Shown here in pieces: positions 10,133 to 19,924 of a DNA stretch of 61,640 nt. The stretch spans positions 1-61,640 of the IMG/VR virus record IMGVR_UViG_3300045747_000506. The stretch is one strand, 5' to 3'. A program made the position numbers and the translations under genes. The stretch is from a virus (Duplodnaviria; Caudoviricetes). The notes below the pieces were generated by a model, which had not been told where the DNA came from, made no database searches, and saw only the letters and a list, made by a program, of their open reading frames with translations. The stretch's first letter is position 1. The number at the start of each line of letters is the position of its first letter.

Positions 10133-10621
10133 TTAAAAAATTCCAGGAAAATTTTGCGGTGTATATTGCTCACTGGTCATCCCAATGTTTAAGAAATCGT
10201 CCATTGAAAGTGTGGCAGAAATAGTAGATTTATTATAAGAAATATTTCTAATGTGTAGATCGGTAAGTTCAATTTGAACTTGATTTGGATTAGAGGCCAA
10301 TACCATTTCTATCTTTACAGAAATGGGCGTAGTAATAGATCTTAGCTTTCCTATTAAATCTAGTCCTACATTATCAAAAGTTATTTTAGCTTGTCTGGTA
10401 GTTGTGCCGTCATCAGCAGGTAATGTAATTTTCATTGGGAAAGCAATATATAAATTACTTCTTGAAGTTATATCAACTCGATTATTTACTAAGTATTGAG
10501 GAGAAGTAAAACTAGAGTGTGTTAGAGTTACCAGCATCAAAAAGGGATCTTCACTGTCTTGTTTATAAAACTGGGCCAGTAGTTCTGGTGTTACGACATT
10601 CATGTCGGAACTTCTTCCCAA
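10133..10621 (-). CDS. Tail tip hub protein (DUF1833 / gpL-like)
   Basis: LVTLTH, YIAFPMKITLP, ITFDNV, YTPQNFPGIF; synteny. Confidence 0.8.
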   Translation of the reverse strand: MGRSSDMNVVTPELLAQFYKQDSEDPFLMLVTLTHSSFTSPQYLVNNRVDITSRSNLYIAFPMKITLPADDGTTTRQAKITFDNVGLDLIGKLRSITTPISVKIEMVLASNPNQVQIELTDLHIRNISYNKSTISATLSMDDFLNIGMTSEQYTPQNFPGIF

Positions 10622-10956
10622 GTCATTGACAAGGTAAAGTAATTACCCCCTAAGGGAGTTATTGCTGGTTGGGCCATTCTATACTTAGTAGTAACTTGAG
10701 TTATTGGGTGAGGAAATGTGAAGGGTAGAACTCCTCCGTTTAATGTAACGTCGAAAAAATTTTTAAATGTTGTATATAAAGATTTCTCAAAAACTACCGA
10801 ACAGGTAAAAGTTTCATAAACCATTGTGGTTTGTCTTCTTCTTTTCTTTGGCCCCACATCAGTTGCAGACTCTATCCACGAACTGGGAATAGTTAAATTA
10901 AAACTTGATTGCTCTAGACGTTGAGATAATGTACTAGGCCATGAAGCTGTAGCCAT
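10600..10956 (-). CDS. Distal tail protein (Dit/gpM-like)
   Basis: WPSTL, TDVGPKKRRR, FFDVTLNGGVLPFTFPHP; immediately after TMP. Confidence 0.8.
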   Translation of the reverse strand: MATASWPSTLSQRLEQSSFNLTIPSSWIESATDVGPKKRRRQTTMVYETFTCSVVFEKSLYTTFKNFFDVTLNGGVLPFTFPHPITQVTTKYRMAQPAITPLGGNYFTLSMTWEEVPT

Positions 10957-10958
10957 CG

Positions 10959-13439
10959 TTACGCTCCTTGACGGCTAAGGCCGTAAATAGATTGCATAGT
11001 TTTATCCATAGATCCATTTGAAAATAGTTCTTTAGTTTTTGTAGCAATAATTACATCTATAGTTTTAGTCCCATCAGAATTTGTAGTTTGTTTTTGAGTT
11101 ACTTCAGATCCAGAATTGTTAATAATATTTACTACAACTCCTCCACCTTTTACTCCGAGTTTACCAGATGAATCTCTAGATAGTGGCATAATTGCTTCAG
11201 GGCCTGCTTCTCCCATAACCCCAGTTCCACCAGAGTAGTTGAAAGAAGTTGGAGAGTTTACAACTCCACCGTTAGCAAAAAATTCAATTCCGTTATTATA
11301 TGCCCCACCCAACGCTTTAGCTGGGCCGTCAGGTAGTGAAGTATACGACTTCATCGTACTGCCGTTGTTTGCAGTACCTCCAGATCCCCACCCTGCTGAC
11401 ATCAGACCTTGAATACCGTTTGCTAGTGGTTGAACTATAGCAGCTCTTAAAATAATTTTTTGTAAGTCGTCTAATATCGCCTGAGTAAATTTAGCAAATT
11501 CAAACTTACCTGTTTTTGTAAATTTGAATAACTCAGTTTCAAGATTGCTGAAAACTAGCGTTATGCTTTTTGATACGTTTTGTGCGAATGTTCCAGATGA
11601 TTGAATATAAGCTTCAGTTCCTGTATATAAAACAGACCCTGGCCTAAAATCATCCGCTAGCTTTAATACTTCTTGATGGTATTGAAGTGCTGATACTTTA
11701 CCTGCTTCAAATTTAGCAGTTATTTGTTCCAGTTTAATTGCTCTTAAGGCAACATCGAATTTAGCAACCAGCATATTTCCGCGTTCAAACTCGCTGCCTA
11801 GATCTGCTTCTTTTATTTTTAAAATTTCTTCTTTATATTGGAATAGAGAAATTTTACCGTTATTAAATTTAGCGGTAAGTTCTTCTATTTTTAACTCATT
11901 CATTTTTTTACTAAACTGTTCCAGGTTTAATCCACCTGACTCAAACGACCTTGCCACATTTTCTTGACCTATTTTTATTAGATCTAATTTTTCTTGAAAC
12001 TGAGTCATTGATCCTGTTTTAATTTTTAAGTCATCTAGCTTGTGAGTGAGTGATAGGATACTTGTATTGAAATCTTCTACTGGTACTTTTCCTTGCTGGA
12101 AATTAGATGTTAAAGCACCTATGGCCAATTTAACTGCTTCGATTTGTTGAGCTAAAGTTAGAGGTATTACAGGGGCATTTTTTAAAACATCTGGCTTATC
12201 TGCACCTTTATTTCCAGCAATGTTGGCATCTAATTCTGCTAACAATTTTCTCTCATCTAAAACTTTTTTCATTTCTTTAACAGCATCGCTGCTGGCCTTA
12301 GCTGCACTTTCCTTTAGGCCATCAAATAGGTTTTCAAACCCTAGAGCTCTACCTATTCTTCCTTTTGAAAATTCTGAAAGTTTATTAACTATGGATTCAA
12401 TTATTTTAGAAAATATTAAATTAGTGCTTAGTCTAAAACCTTCAAAATATTCGGTAATTGATTTTAAATTATCGGATACCAATACTGCTAGTCCACCTAT
12501 AACAGTTGCTATAGCAGTAAGCGGAGTAAATGCTGCCGCTATTTTAATAGCTACATTACCTAAAGAAGTTAGCATGGTAGGAATTTGAAGTGCCGTTAAT
12601 ACTCCTATGGCCGCTGCAAGTAGTTTAATATGTTCGGTTGCAAAATCTACAGCAATAACAAACTTTCCGTTTAGGTTTAAGTCTTTACTAACCTCACCAA
12701 CTTTCTCTGTAAATTTGTTCATTGCTATAGTAAGTGTCTGACCGAATGTTTGTCCCAACTGTCCAGCTTTCAAATTTAGTTCGTCGAAGTGTTTATTTAA
12801 TACTCCCGTAAATTCTGAAATAGTTAGCCCTCTTGATATAACTTCTTGCCAATTTTTACCTGCGGCTAATGCATCTTCTTTTAATAAATTTACTAACACT
12901 TGGTTAGTCTTTAACATCGTATTTAACTCTCTACCTTTAATCGTACCAGTTTCAAAACCTTTACCAAGCATTGCAATCCCAGTACTGGCAGCCTCGGCAG
13001 TAGTTCCAGAAATCCTATATGTTTGATATAAAGCCTGAGTGATACCTAGAACATCATTGCTACTAGCACCTAAGTCTTTAGTGGCTAGGGATATGGTATT
13101 AAAAGACCTACCAAGATCTGCAATTGGAACTTTCGTATAGTTTGCAACTTCAGCTATCTTTTTTACCGTTTCTGCTGCTACTTCAGAAGACCCAGACATT
13201 ATTTTAATTCTGTCAGTTAGTAGTTGCATGGAGTCTGCCATATCCGTTAATTGCTTAAATCCGAAACCAACTCCAAATACAGCGGCCAGTCCTAAAAATT
13301 TAGATCTCAAATCGTCTAGTGTACTGGCAGTTTGTTGGGAGCTGCTGGCTACTTTTTTTAAAGCGTCTGCAACACCGTTAACTGAATCAGTTCCATCACT
13401 CTTTACTTGTAATGTAATTGTCCTAATTTGGGATGCCAT
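10959..13439 (-). CDS. Tail tape measure protein
   Basis: 826 aa helical protein; tape-measure domain near N-terminus; C-terminal FANGGVV...GEAGPEAIMPL motif; periodic F-x-x-G-K repeats. Confidence 0.93.
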   Translation of the reverse strand: MASQIRTITLQVKSDGTDSVNGVADALKKVASSSQQTASTLDDLRSKFLGLAAVFGVGFGFKQLTDMADSMQLLTDRIKIMSGSSEVAAETVKKIAEVANYTKVPIADLGRSFNTISLATKDLGASSNDVLGITQALYQTYRISGTTAEAASTGIAMLGKGFETGTIKGRELNTMLKTNQVLVNLLKEDALAAGKNWQEVISRGLTISEFTGVLNKHFDELNLKAGQLGQTFGQTLTIAMNKFTEKVGEVSKDLNLNGKFVIAVDFATEHIKLLAAAIGVLTALQIPTMLTSLGNVAIKIAAAFTPLTAIATVIGGLAVLVSDNLKSITEYFEGFRLSTNLIFSKIIESIVNKLSEFSKGRIGRALGFENLFDGLKESAAKASSDAVKEMKKVLDERKLLAELDANIAGNKGADKPDVLKNAPVIPLTLAQQIEAVKLAIGALTSNFQQGKVPVEDFNTSILSLTHKLDDLKIKTGSMTQFQEKLDLIKIGQENVARSFESGGLNLEQFSKKMNELKIEELTAKFNNGKISLFQYKEEILKIKEADLGSEFERGNMLVAKFDVALRAIKLEQITAKFEAGKVSALQYHQEVLKLADDFRPGSVLYTGTEAYIQSSGTFAQNVSKSITLVFSNLETELFKFTKTGKFEFAKFTQAILDDLQKIILRAAIVQPLANGIQGLMSAGWGSGGTANNGSTMKSYTSLPDGPAKALGGAYNNGIEFFANGGVVNSPTSFNYSGGTGVMGEAGPEAIMPLSRDSSGKLGVKGGGVVVNIINNSGSEVTQKQTTNSDGTKTIDVIIATKTKELFSNGSMDKTMQSIYGLSRQGA

Positions 13440-13444
13440 ATACT

Positions 13445-13768
13445 TTACGCCTTATCTTTAGCTTTCTTTTCTTTTATACACACTAGTAGTTTCTTATCCA
13501 TTGATCGGATTATATAGTGAAAGTCTTCAAAATCTTCTTCAACTATATTATATATTTTAGAGTATTCTGCTATAGAGGTAAAGGGGATAGGGCCTTCCCC
13601 ATCTCTACAAGTAGATAGCTCTATAAAAGAATCCCTATAAAAAGCATATTGATCAACTTCTGGCTCTAAATCGTTCTTTGAAATTTTCCCGTCAGCGAGT
13701 AGTTTGTAGTACCATCCAGAGGAAATATCATCACCCCATTTAAAAATGAATCCTACCCACTGGGACAT
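13445..13768 (-). CDS. Tail assembly chaperone, gpT-like (probably expressed as G-T fusion)
   Basis: FIELSTCR..GPIPFTSIAEY motif; in -1 frame relative to upstream gene. Confidence 0.8.
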   Translation of the reverse strand: MSQWVGFIFKWGDDISSGWYYKLLADGKISKNDLEPEVDQYAFYRDSFIELSTCRDGEGPIPFTSIAEYSKIYNIVEEDFEDFHYIIRSMDKKLLVCIKEKKAKDKA

Positions 13769-14163
13769 TAGTTTCCCAGTTCTTCCTTAAAGTTAGAATA
13801 ATCTTGCGAGTATTTAGTTAGAGCATCAAATAGCTCAGGAAGTTCTTCAAAAAAAGACACCGCTATTTCAGGATTGTATACGGTGTCTTTCCCGTCTATC
13901 TCAATCCCCTTCCAATCAATTAGAGAGGAATCAACAAACAGTTTTATTAATATCTTTCTTTCAATTCTTGGATCTAATTCACCCAACTGAATTTGTCTTA
14001 TATACGGCTTGTAGTGTTTAGTCATTGCAGCTTTCATTTTAGTGTTGTTAAGTCCACCAAATCTCCTAACTAAAAAACCTACTCCTTCTTTTAGCTCAAA
14101 CCAGATACCATCTGATTCGAATTTATCATTAGTTTTAAATAACGAATCTAAATTTGTTTTCAT
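13768..14163 (-). CDS. Tail assembly chaperone, gpG-like
   Basis: FKTN..E.DGIW, LIDWKG, ELPELF, ends EELGN*; between tail tube and TMP. Confidence 0.85.
   Translation of the reverse strand: MKTNLDSLFKTNDKFESDGIWFELKEGVGFLVRRFGGLNNTKMKAAMTKHYKPYIRQIQLGELDPRIERKILIKLFVDSSLIDWKGIEIDGKDTVYNPEIAVSFFEELPELFDALTKYSQDYSNFKEELGN
13771..13777 (-). promoter_or_regulatory. -1 programmed ribosomal frameshift slippery site G GGA AAC
   Basis: CTG GGA AAC TAA at the end of G; a -1 shift reads GGG AAA CTA ATG TCC into the T frame. Confidence 0.85.
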
Positions 14164-14235
14164 ACCGATCCCTCCATCTTAATTACTAGTAGATATTTTT
14201 TCTTTTTAATTGTATAGAGTCAATACCAAGTAGAT

Positions 14236-14261
14236 AAAAATACGCCCTCGCAATGAGGGCG
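14236..14261 (-). terminator. Rho-independent terminator
   Basis: CGCCCTC-ATTGC-GAGGGCG hairpin followed by TATTTTT on the minus strand. Confidence 0.75.
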
Positions 14262-14371
14262 ATATTTAGGGCTTATGATAGTAACGAATTGTTACTGGTT
14301 TGTTGCAACATATAGAAAGCCTTACTAGTATTTTTATATAACTAGTAAGATATTTCAATTAAAATTAAGAT

Positions 14372-15124
14372 CTATAGGAATCGAATAGGGTCTAATAGCT
14401 CTCTCCAAGATTCATTTTCATTTGTTCCGTCAAAAGAACTCCCTTTAACAGTATTTTCTATGAAAGTCAGGTATTGGAGATTTTCTAGAGTGTGTAGGCC
14501 GCAAACCCTTTCATTAATGATGGGAATAATATGGTCTACATGACAATCATCTGGGACTCTTCTCTTGAACTTATTTATTGCCCGTATGTCTGCGTATTTC
14601 GGAGTAGAAAGTTTTATCTTAATTCTCCTATTCTCACTATATGCTCTTACGGAATCTGGATTTTCTCTCTTCCATTTTTTATTTTTCTCTGACTTATCCT
14701 TACGATTTGCAGAATACCAATCCCTATTTCTTCCAGATATGCTTTTTGAATTTTCCAATCTCCACTCTTTATAGTATTCAGGATTTAATTCTTTAAATTT
14801 TTTATTATTTTTTTTAGTTATTTCTGGGTTATTTTCTCGATACCTTTTCCCAAATATTTTACTACAATATTTACACCTTCTTGCCCATCCCTCGTTAGTA
14901 GTAATGTCTTTTGAAAAATGTGCTATATCTTTAATCAGTAGACATACGTTACATTTTTTAAATTTTATGTCTAACCGTTTTCTTATTTTAGAATCTAGTT
15001 TAGACTTATCACTCCTACATTGCTTACAGATTGGGTTAGCACCATCAATCTTATTTTTATTTTTATGGTAGCACCCCATTTCTTTTGTAATGTTGCACCT
15101 AATGCATTTCTTCATTTGTTGCAC
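14372..15124 (-). CDS. Free-standing HNH homing endonuclease with two CxxC zinc-ribbon repeats
   Basis: HVDHIIPI..RVCGLH.LENLQYL..EN..K; CIRC/CKQC and CNVC/CKYC pairs. Confidence 0.9.
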   Translation of the reverse strand: MQQMKKCIRCNITKEMGCYHKNKNKIDGANPICKQCRSDKSKLDSKIRKRLDIKFKKCNVCLLIKDIAHFSKDITTNEGWARRCKYCSKIFGKRYRENNPEITKKNNKKFKELNPEYYKEWRLENSKSISGRNRDWYSANRKDKSEKNKKWKRENPDSVRAYSENRRIKIKLSTPKYADIRAINKFKRRVPDDCHVDHIIPIINERVCGLHTLENLQYLTFIENTVKGSSFDGTNENESWRELLDPIRFL

Positions 15125-15168
15125 TAGATACTATATAAATGGAAATAGATCAATATCTACCCTATAAA

Positions 15169-16674
15169 CTAGGACCTATATATAACTAAAGCACTTTCCC
15201 CATTGGCCCCTACCTTTGCATCACCCTTCATTGCTAGTGATATTTGCTGGTTAGCTCCTGCCGAGCTTGGGTCTGCGAAGCTTGTCTGAACTGCTGGCAT
15301 ATAAAACCCGTACCATCCGTTAGTATTTTTTAATACGAAACCAATTGCAAAAGGGTCTTGAGACAATTTCTTGCTTAAAACAGGCCAGTTAATATCTGAT
15401 AGGTAAGTTGAAAGGTTTACTGAAATTGCTGCTTGGCCAGGGGAGTAATCTTTTGGAGCGGCTACACCAATACAGTTTTCTGCAATGTAGTTATTTTTTA
15501 AATCCAATGAAAGAGATTGAATACAAAAGTTAACTGAGTCTAAAGTCCCTAATGCACTTGAGCTGATAAACGGCATATCGATTGATCCGTTAAACGAGTT
15601 AGTAGTAGCTGGAGGAACAATAGTTTTTTGGTAGCTAGCAAAATTAGCTTGTGCATCTTCTACTGCATAAGAAGTTCCTTCAAAACCAAATGACCCTGTA
15701 ACGATTGACCCGTAAGCTACGTTTAATGCCATTGAAGAACAAACATTACCTTTATAGACAAAAGCTTTATTAGTTAAATCTAAAAACGATTTTTCAACTG
15801 TAAAAGATTTTTTATGAGATCCGATTGTTAACTTATCTGCTCTCTTATATGCAGATGTCACTGTAGCTACTTCTGAAATAAGAGATTTAGCAACTACTCT
15901 TATTACTGTAGCAGATACAAACTCTACTACTTGAACTTGAGTATTGTTAACTGCATTTGTAAATCCAGATAAAGTTAAAATATCTCCCACGACTAAAGCA
16001 GTGGCCCAAATACCTACAGCTCTTGTAATTGTGTTTGTAAAGTATGTTACACCATCAACAATATATGGAGTAACTGTAATAGTTAAATCCACACCTACTG
16101 CTGGCAGAATGTCCCAATCATTTAACATAGCACCAGACATTAATTTATCAATTGCTGTTTCTTTAGCTAATTCGAAGTTCATAGAAGAAGCAACTGCCAA
16201 TGAGGTTACAATTTGTCCTGACGACATTCTATCTGTTCTAATCTGTTTTGATTGAGTCGTAGTTGGAGTTGCTGAGAAAGATTCACTTGTATATCTAACA
16301 GTTGTTAAATCTCCAAGTCCTCCAGCTAGTTGTAGAATTGATTGAACAATTTGTGTATTAGATCCAACACCGCTCACTACTACTGAGAGTAATGCCATAG
16401 CTGCTGGAGTAGCATCTATTGCTGCTTTAATCTGAGTTGCTGTAGAAGCTCCACCAGAAATTTGAACGCTAATTGCATTTCCAACTACTGATACTACTTC
16501 AGCTCCAGCAGTTGCTCCACCTGTATAAGTGACACTTATTAAGTTACCACTTTCTGAATGTGCATTTGCAATATATGTTAAATCTTGAACTATTAAAATT
16601 GCTTGATTTGACGGCTGAACTCCTACTACAGATTCTTCAGCTATCACTACTCGGACTTGATTCGACGAACTCAT
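15169..16674 (-). CDS. Major tail tube protein with inserted accessory domains
   Basis: RYTSESF...SKQIRTDR, KSFTVEKSFLD, SLDLKNN motifs of the phage tube family; synteny. Confidence 0.85.
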   Translation of the reverse strand: MSSSNQVRVVIAEESVVGVQPSNQAILIVQDLTYIANAHSESGNLISVTYTGGATAGAEVVSVVGNAISVQISGGASTATQIKAAIDATPAAMALLSVVVSGVGSNTQIVQSILQLAGGLGDLTTVRYTSESFSATPTTTQSKQIRTDRMSSGQIVTSLAVASSMNFELAKETAIDKLMSGAMLNDWDILPAVGVDLTITVTPYIVDGVTYFTNTITRAVGIWATALVVGDILTLSGFTNAVNNTQVQVVEFVSATVIRVVAKSLISEVATVTSAYKRADKLTIGSHKKSFTVEKSFLDLTNKAFVYKGNVCSSMALNVAYGSIVTGSFGFEGTSYAVEDAQANFASYQKTIVPPATTNSFNGSIDMPFISSSALGTLDSVNFCIQSLSLDLKNNYIAENCIGVAAPKDYSPGQAAISVNLSTYLSDINWPVLSKKLSQDPFAIGFVLKNTNGWYGFYMPAVQTSFADPSSAGANQQISLAMKGDAKVGANGESALVIYRS

Positions 16675-16697
16675 TATATACCTTCCTTGTATAATCG

Positions 16698-17150
16698 TTA
16701 TGGGCTTAAATTTCTCATATAATGTACCATAAAAGATGCAGAGGTATACCCACCAGCAAAATTTATAGATACTCCACTTCCAAAATTTGGTGGAGTAACA
16801 CTTTCTATTAGTATAGAGTTTATATTACTACCTCGCAATAATGATCTAATTGCCTCTGCCCTAGATAGTATAGCGTTATGACCCCCTAAACTAGCTAGTG
16901 CCACGACATGAATATAGACTACCCCAATCTCCTTGTAAGTTCCTTGGGTATTGTTTGCGTTAAGTGCTATTGGAATTTCAGAAGATCCAATAAAATGAAC
17001 TCCTGTCCAATCCCCACCCAACGGAATTTCGTGGTAAGTCAATAATTGTTGTAAATCCTCTACCTCAGAAGTAAGGTCTACAACTTTCTCGGTACTACAT
17101 TGTGTAGTAATAAAATTTAGTAATTCATCTCTAACAAATTTACTACTCAC
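16698..17150 (-). CDS. Tail terminator protein
   Basis: Size, EIGVVYIHV..G...AEAIRSLLRG pattern, position before tail tube. Confidence 0.65.
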   Translation of the reverse strand: MSSKFVRDELLNFITTQCSTEKVVDLTSEVEDLQQLLTYHEIPLGGDWTGVHFIGSSEIPIALNANNTQGTYKEIGVVYIHVVALASLGGHNAILSRAEAIRSLLRGSNINSILIESVTPPNFGSGVSINFAGGYTSASFMVHYMRNLSP

Positions 17151-18012
17151 TAGGTGTTTCTCCGTTAGTTATTCCAGCACCGATTACATTTATTACTATG
17201 CAAGGGTAGAAGTATGGCTTCCCAGTTCTGTCACTACTTTTTCTTCCATTACCTTTTCCGTTAACATACCTATTTATTGGTAATCCACCTGAGTCGGTAG
17301 AAACTCCGCTAATAGCTCCTCCGTCAATGAAGGAGAAACTTATGAAAGAGTTTTTCCCATATCTTCTTTTAGCTAGAGATGCTTCTAAGGCATAAACTCC
17401 ACTTGGAAGGTAAGATTCTTTATACCCTAATAAGTCTCTATTCTTTTTCTTATTTACTTTTAATTTAGCATAGTGAAGCTTGCCGCTCCCTCTCTCTTTG
17501 GTAATCCCATATCTTTCAAGCTTTCTGGCATAGGGGGAAATATTTACAAATCTTATTTGATCTTTACTTTCAAAGGCAGGGTTAGTTGCTAGGTAGGCCA
17601 CTAATTCATCCATGTCAGTTGCAATTTGAGTGTTGTTATAAAATATTAAATTATTTTTTTGATACCTTCCCGTAAGTATTGGGGAGGTGGCCAGTATTCT
17701 TTCATAAATATCTAGCAACATTTCATACATGTCAGCTCTTGCTACATATTGAACTTTACCAAAAGGCTCTACATCTGCTAAATCTTTTCTAACATCGTTA
17801 TCAACAAACCTATTAGCTTTAGGGTCAAAACCATTTGCTAATTCTTCTTGATAAACTTCATTCGTTACATCTATGAAAATAGTTTTAATAGCATTTCTTA
17901 AATAGAGAATATTATCTATACCCTCAAGGTCAGATTTTATAGAATAATTAGTATCTTTAACTACCCCGTCTTCTACAGTTTCATACTTAAGTACTACTTC
18001 CATTATCCGCAC
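17143..18012 (-). CDS. Neck / tail completion protein (HK97 gp10-like)
   Basis: SPILTGRY and N.SPYARKLE motifs; synteny. Confidence 0.6.
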   Translation of the reverse strand: MRIMEVVLKYETVEDGVVKDTNYSIKSDLEGIDNILYLRNAIKTIFIDVTNEVYQEELANGFDPKANRFVDNDVRKDLADVEPFGKVQYVARADMYEMLLDIYERILATSPILTGRYQKNNLIFYNNTQIATDMDELVAYLATNPAFESKDQIRFVNISPYARKLERYGITKERGSGKLHYAKLKVNKKKNRDLLGYKESYLPSGVYALEASLAKRRYGKNSFISFSFIDGGAISGVSTDSGGLPINRYVNGKGNGRKSSDRTGKPYFYPCIVINVIGAGITNGETPSE

Positions 18013-18632
18013 CGAATCCTGTAGCCAATTATTATCCCACCGAAACCCATCATCTCAATTACTTCTGTAACAGAGTTGGCCCCAATTTGAGAGTCTAGAA
18101 TTCTATCCCCTCTTTTAATATTGGGGAAATTAACTGCATCTAAAACACTTTTAGATATAACGAACTCTCCGTTAAATATTGCAGTTTCTTCTAGAGAAAT
18201 GGATGTTTTATAACTATTTGCCGAAGCAATTTTTATTGGAGTAGGACTAATGGCATATAAGCTTTTATATTTTGCTAGGAAAGTTATAGCTGTAATCGAC
18301 GTTGCATCTGTTACTACCTTAGCAAGTCTTAAAGTGTCGGCAAATAAAGCAGGAGTAGGATCTCCATTATTAACTATAGTATAAATTATCCCAGTCATAC
18401 CTACGTCAAAATAGGTATCTTTGTTTGCAGCATAGGTCATAGGGAAATCTTGAACGGAAACTCTATTTCCTTTTATATATGCCACTCCAGCAGATACTGA
18501 GGATACGAGATTTGCAGAAGGCTGAGGGATAAAACCACTCACTACTTCCGATCCACCTAATCTCTCAATAGTTGCGGGCCTAGCTATTAAGCTAAGGATA
18601 GAATTAAATGCATTTGATAAATTATCTGCCAT
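18003..18632 (-). CDS. Head closure (stopper) protein with inserted domain
   Basis: C-terminal IKRGDRI motif; position after adaptor. Confidence 0.55.
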   Translation of the reverse strand: MADNLSNAFNSILSLIARPATIERLGGSEVVSGFIPQPSANLVSSVSAGVAYIKGNRVSVQDFPMTYAANKDTYFDVGMTGIIYTIVNNGDPTPALFADTLRLAKVVTDATSITAITFLAKYKSLYAISPTPIKIASANSYKTSISLEETAIFNGEFVISKSVLDAVNFPNIKRGDRILDSQIGANSVTEVIEMMGFGGIIIGYRIRCG

Positions 18633-18638
18633 AAAATC

Positions 18639-19325
18639 CTATGGAATATTTTCTACATAAACTGGTCTTACGCTACCTACTAACGCACGATCACTTCTGT
18701 AATAGTCTAATACGTTTAAGTTATTTCCCAATACAGATCCAAACGGAGTTTTTCTATCATTACTACTAAGTGTACTGTCGTATTGAATACTCATTACACC
18801 AGCAATGCTGACCCCCTGAACATCTGGACCAAAATTTAAATTTATACCGCTCTTTTCTTTATTGTATCTTTCTTGAACGATGGAATAAATAACCTGAGTT
18901 ATAGGAGTAGGTATACTCACATACCCTGCTGTATAAGATACTTCCACAATCATTGCTCCACTCCAAAAGAAATTGTAAGTAGAGTTCCCATAAATATGTT
19001 TTTTAATAACTTTAGAAACATCTTTATTTATTCTAAAATCTGTAACAGGAGTTCCCGTATCCGTATCTAAAAATTTCTCTACTATTCCTTCCACCGATAT
19101 TAACGGGAAGTGATGTAGTGTTAAATTATCCAGAGGTTTGTCTTTATTTAATAGTTCTTCTAAATAGAAAGTTTGAACGTATTTAGTTGAACTAAATGTT
19201 CTACCACAATATGCTTCAATGGCTTCTGATAACATCGTAATTTGCTGAGTTAGGAATCCATCATAAGTAGTGTCTGCTACTCCAATTCCTAAATATGCTT
19301 TCATGTCTGCTAGTAGTACCAACAT
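18639..19325 (-). CDS. Head-tail adaptor (connector) protein
   Basis: LADMKAYLGI..D, IEAYCGRTF, VSYTAGY..P motifs. Confidence 0.85.
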   Translation of the reverse strand: MLVLLADMKAYLGIGVADTTYDGFLTQQITMLSEAIEAYCGRTFSSTKYVQTFYLEELLNKDKPLDNLTLHHFPLISVEGIVEKFLDTDTGTPVTDFRINKDVSKVIKKHIYGNSTYNFFWSGAMIVEVSYTAGYVSIPTPITQVIYSIVQERYNKEKSGINLNFGPDVQGVSIAGVMSIQYDSTLSSNDRKTPFGSVLGNNLNVLDYYRSDRALVGSVRPVYVENIP

Positions 19326-19337
19326 AATATTTACCTT

Positions 19338-19916
19338 TTAATTAATGCAAGATACTACTTGCACAACACTATCCCAAATATTTTGAGGAGTAACTTTTTT
19401 AAGACCAAAAGTATTCATAGAGTCTATCGCTTCAGCTTCTTCTGCCTTTGCTTGATCCCAAGCAAAAAATACAAGCTTCGAGCAATACCATTTCTTTTCA
19501 ATTCCCCATGAAAAAGAAAAGTCGTATGAGTCACCTAGTTGATCGTTTAAAAAACTAATCATCAAAGAGCATTGGTCATCTGTCCAATCAGATCCTTGTA
19601 GTCTACCAAGTCCTAAACTATCTTTTCTGAAACAAAACATTTCTAACGATATTTTTCTAACACCTTTAGTAGTTGCTTCATAAACCCATCCGTCGAAATA
19701 TATGGCTGCATGACCCCAGAACGATCCAGTTAAAATCTTTTCTGCAACATTGCTTAATTCCCACTCTACCCTAGAGACTAATACGTCTCCATTTTTAATT
19801 TCATTTTTTATTATTTTAAAATTTTTATCTGATACTCTTGGCTCAGGCTTACTTATTTTTGAAATAAACTTAGAAACTCTCCAAGTTAAATTAATAATTA
19901 TTGATTGAACTACCAT
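19338..19916 (-). CDS. Permuted papain-like amidase (YiiX/YaeF-type NlpC/P60)
   Basis: GDVLV, WGHAAIY, YDFSF, WYCSKLV, VTPQ: His precedes Cys. Confidence 0.85.
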   Translation of the reverse strand: MVVQSIIINLTWRVSKFISKISKPEPRVSDKNFKIIKNEIKNGDVLVSRVEWELSNVAEKILTGSFWGHAAIYFDGWVYEATTKGVRKISLEMFCFRKDSLGLGRLQGSDWTDDQCSLMISFLNDQLGDSYDFSFSWGIEKKWYCSKLVFFAWDQAKAEEAEAIDSMNTFGLKKVTPQNIWDSVVQVVSCIN

Positions 19917-19924
19917 AATTAACC

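Noticed and set aside
14170-15168. Group I intron carrying the HNH
   Set aside because: Both flanking genes appear complete, with their own starts and stops
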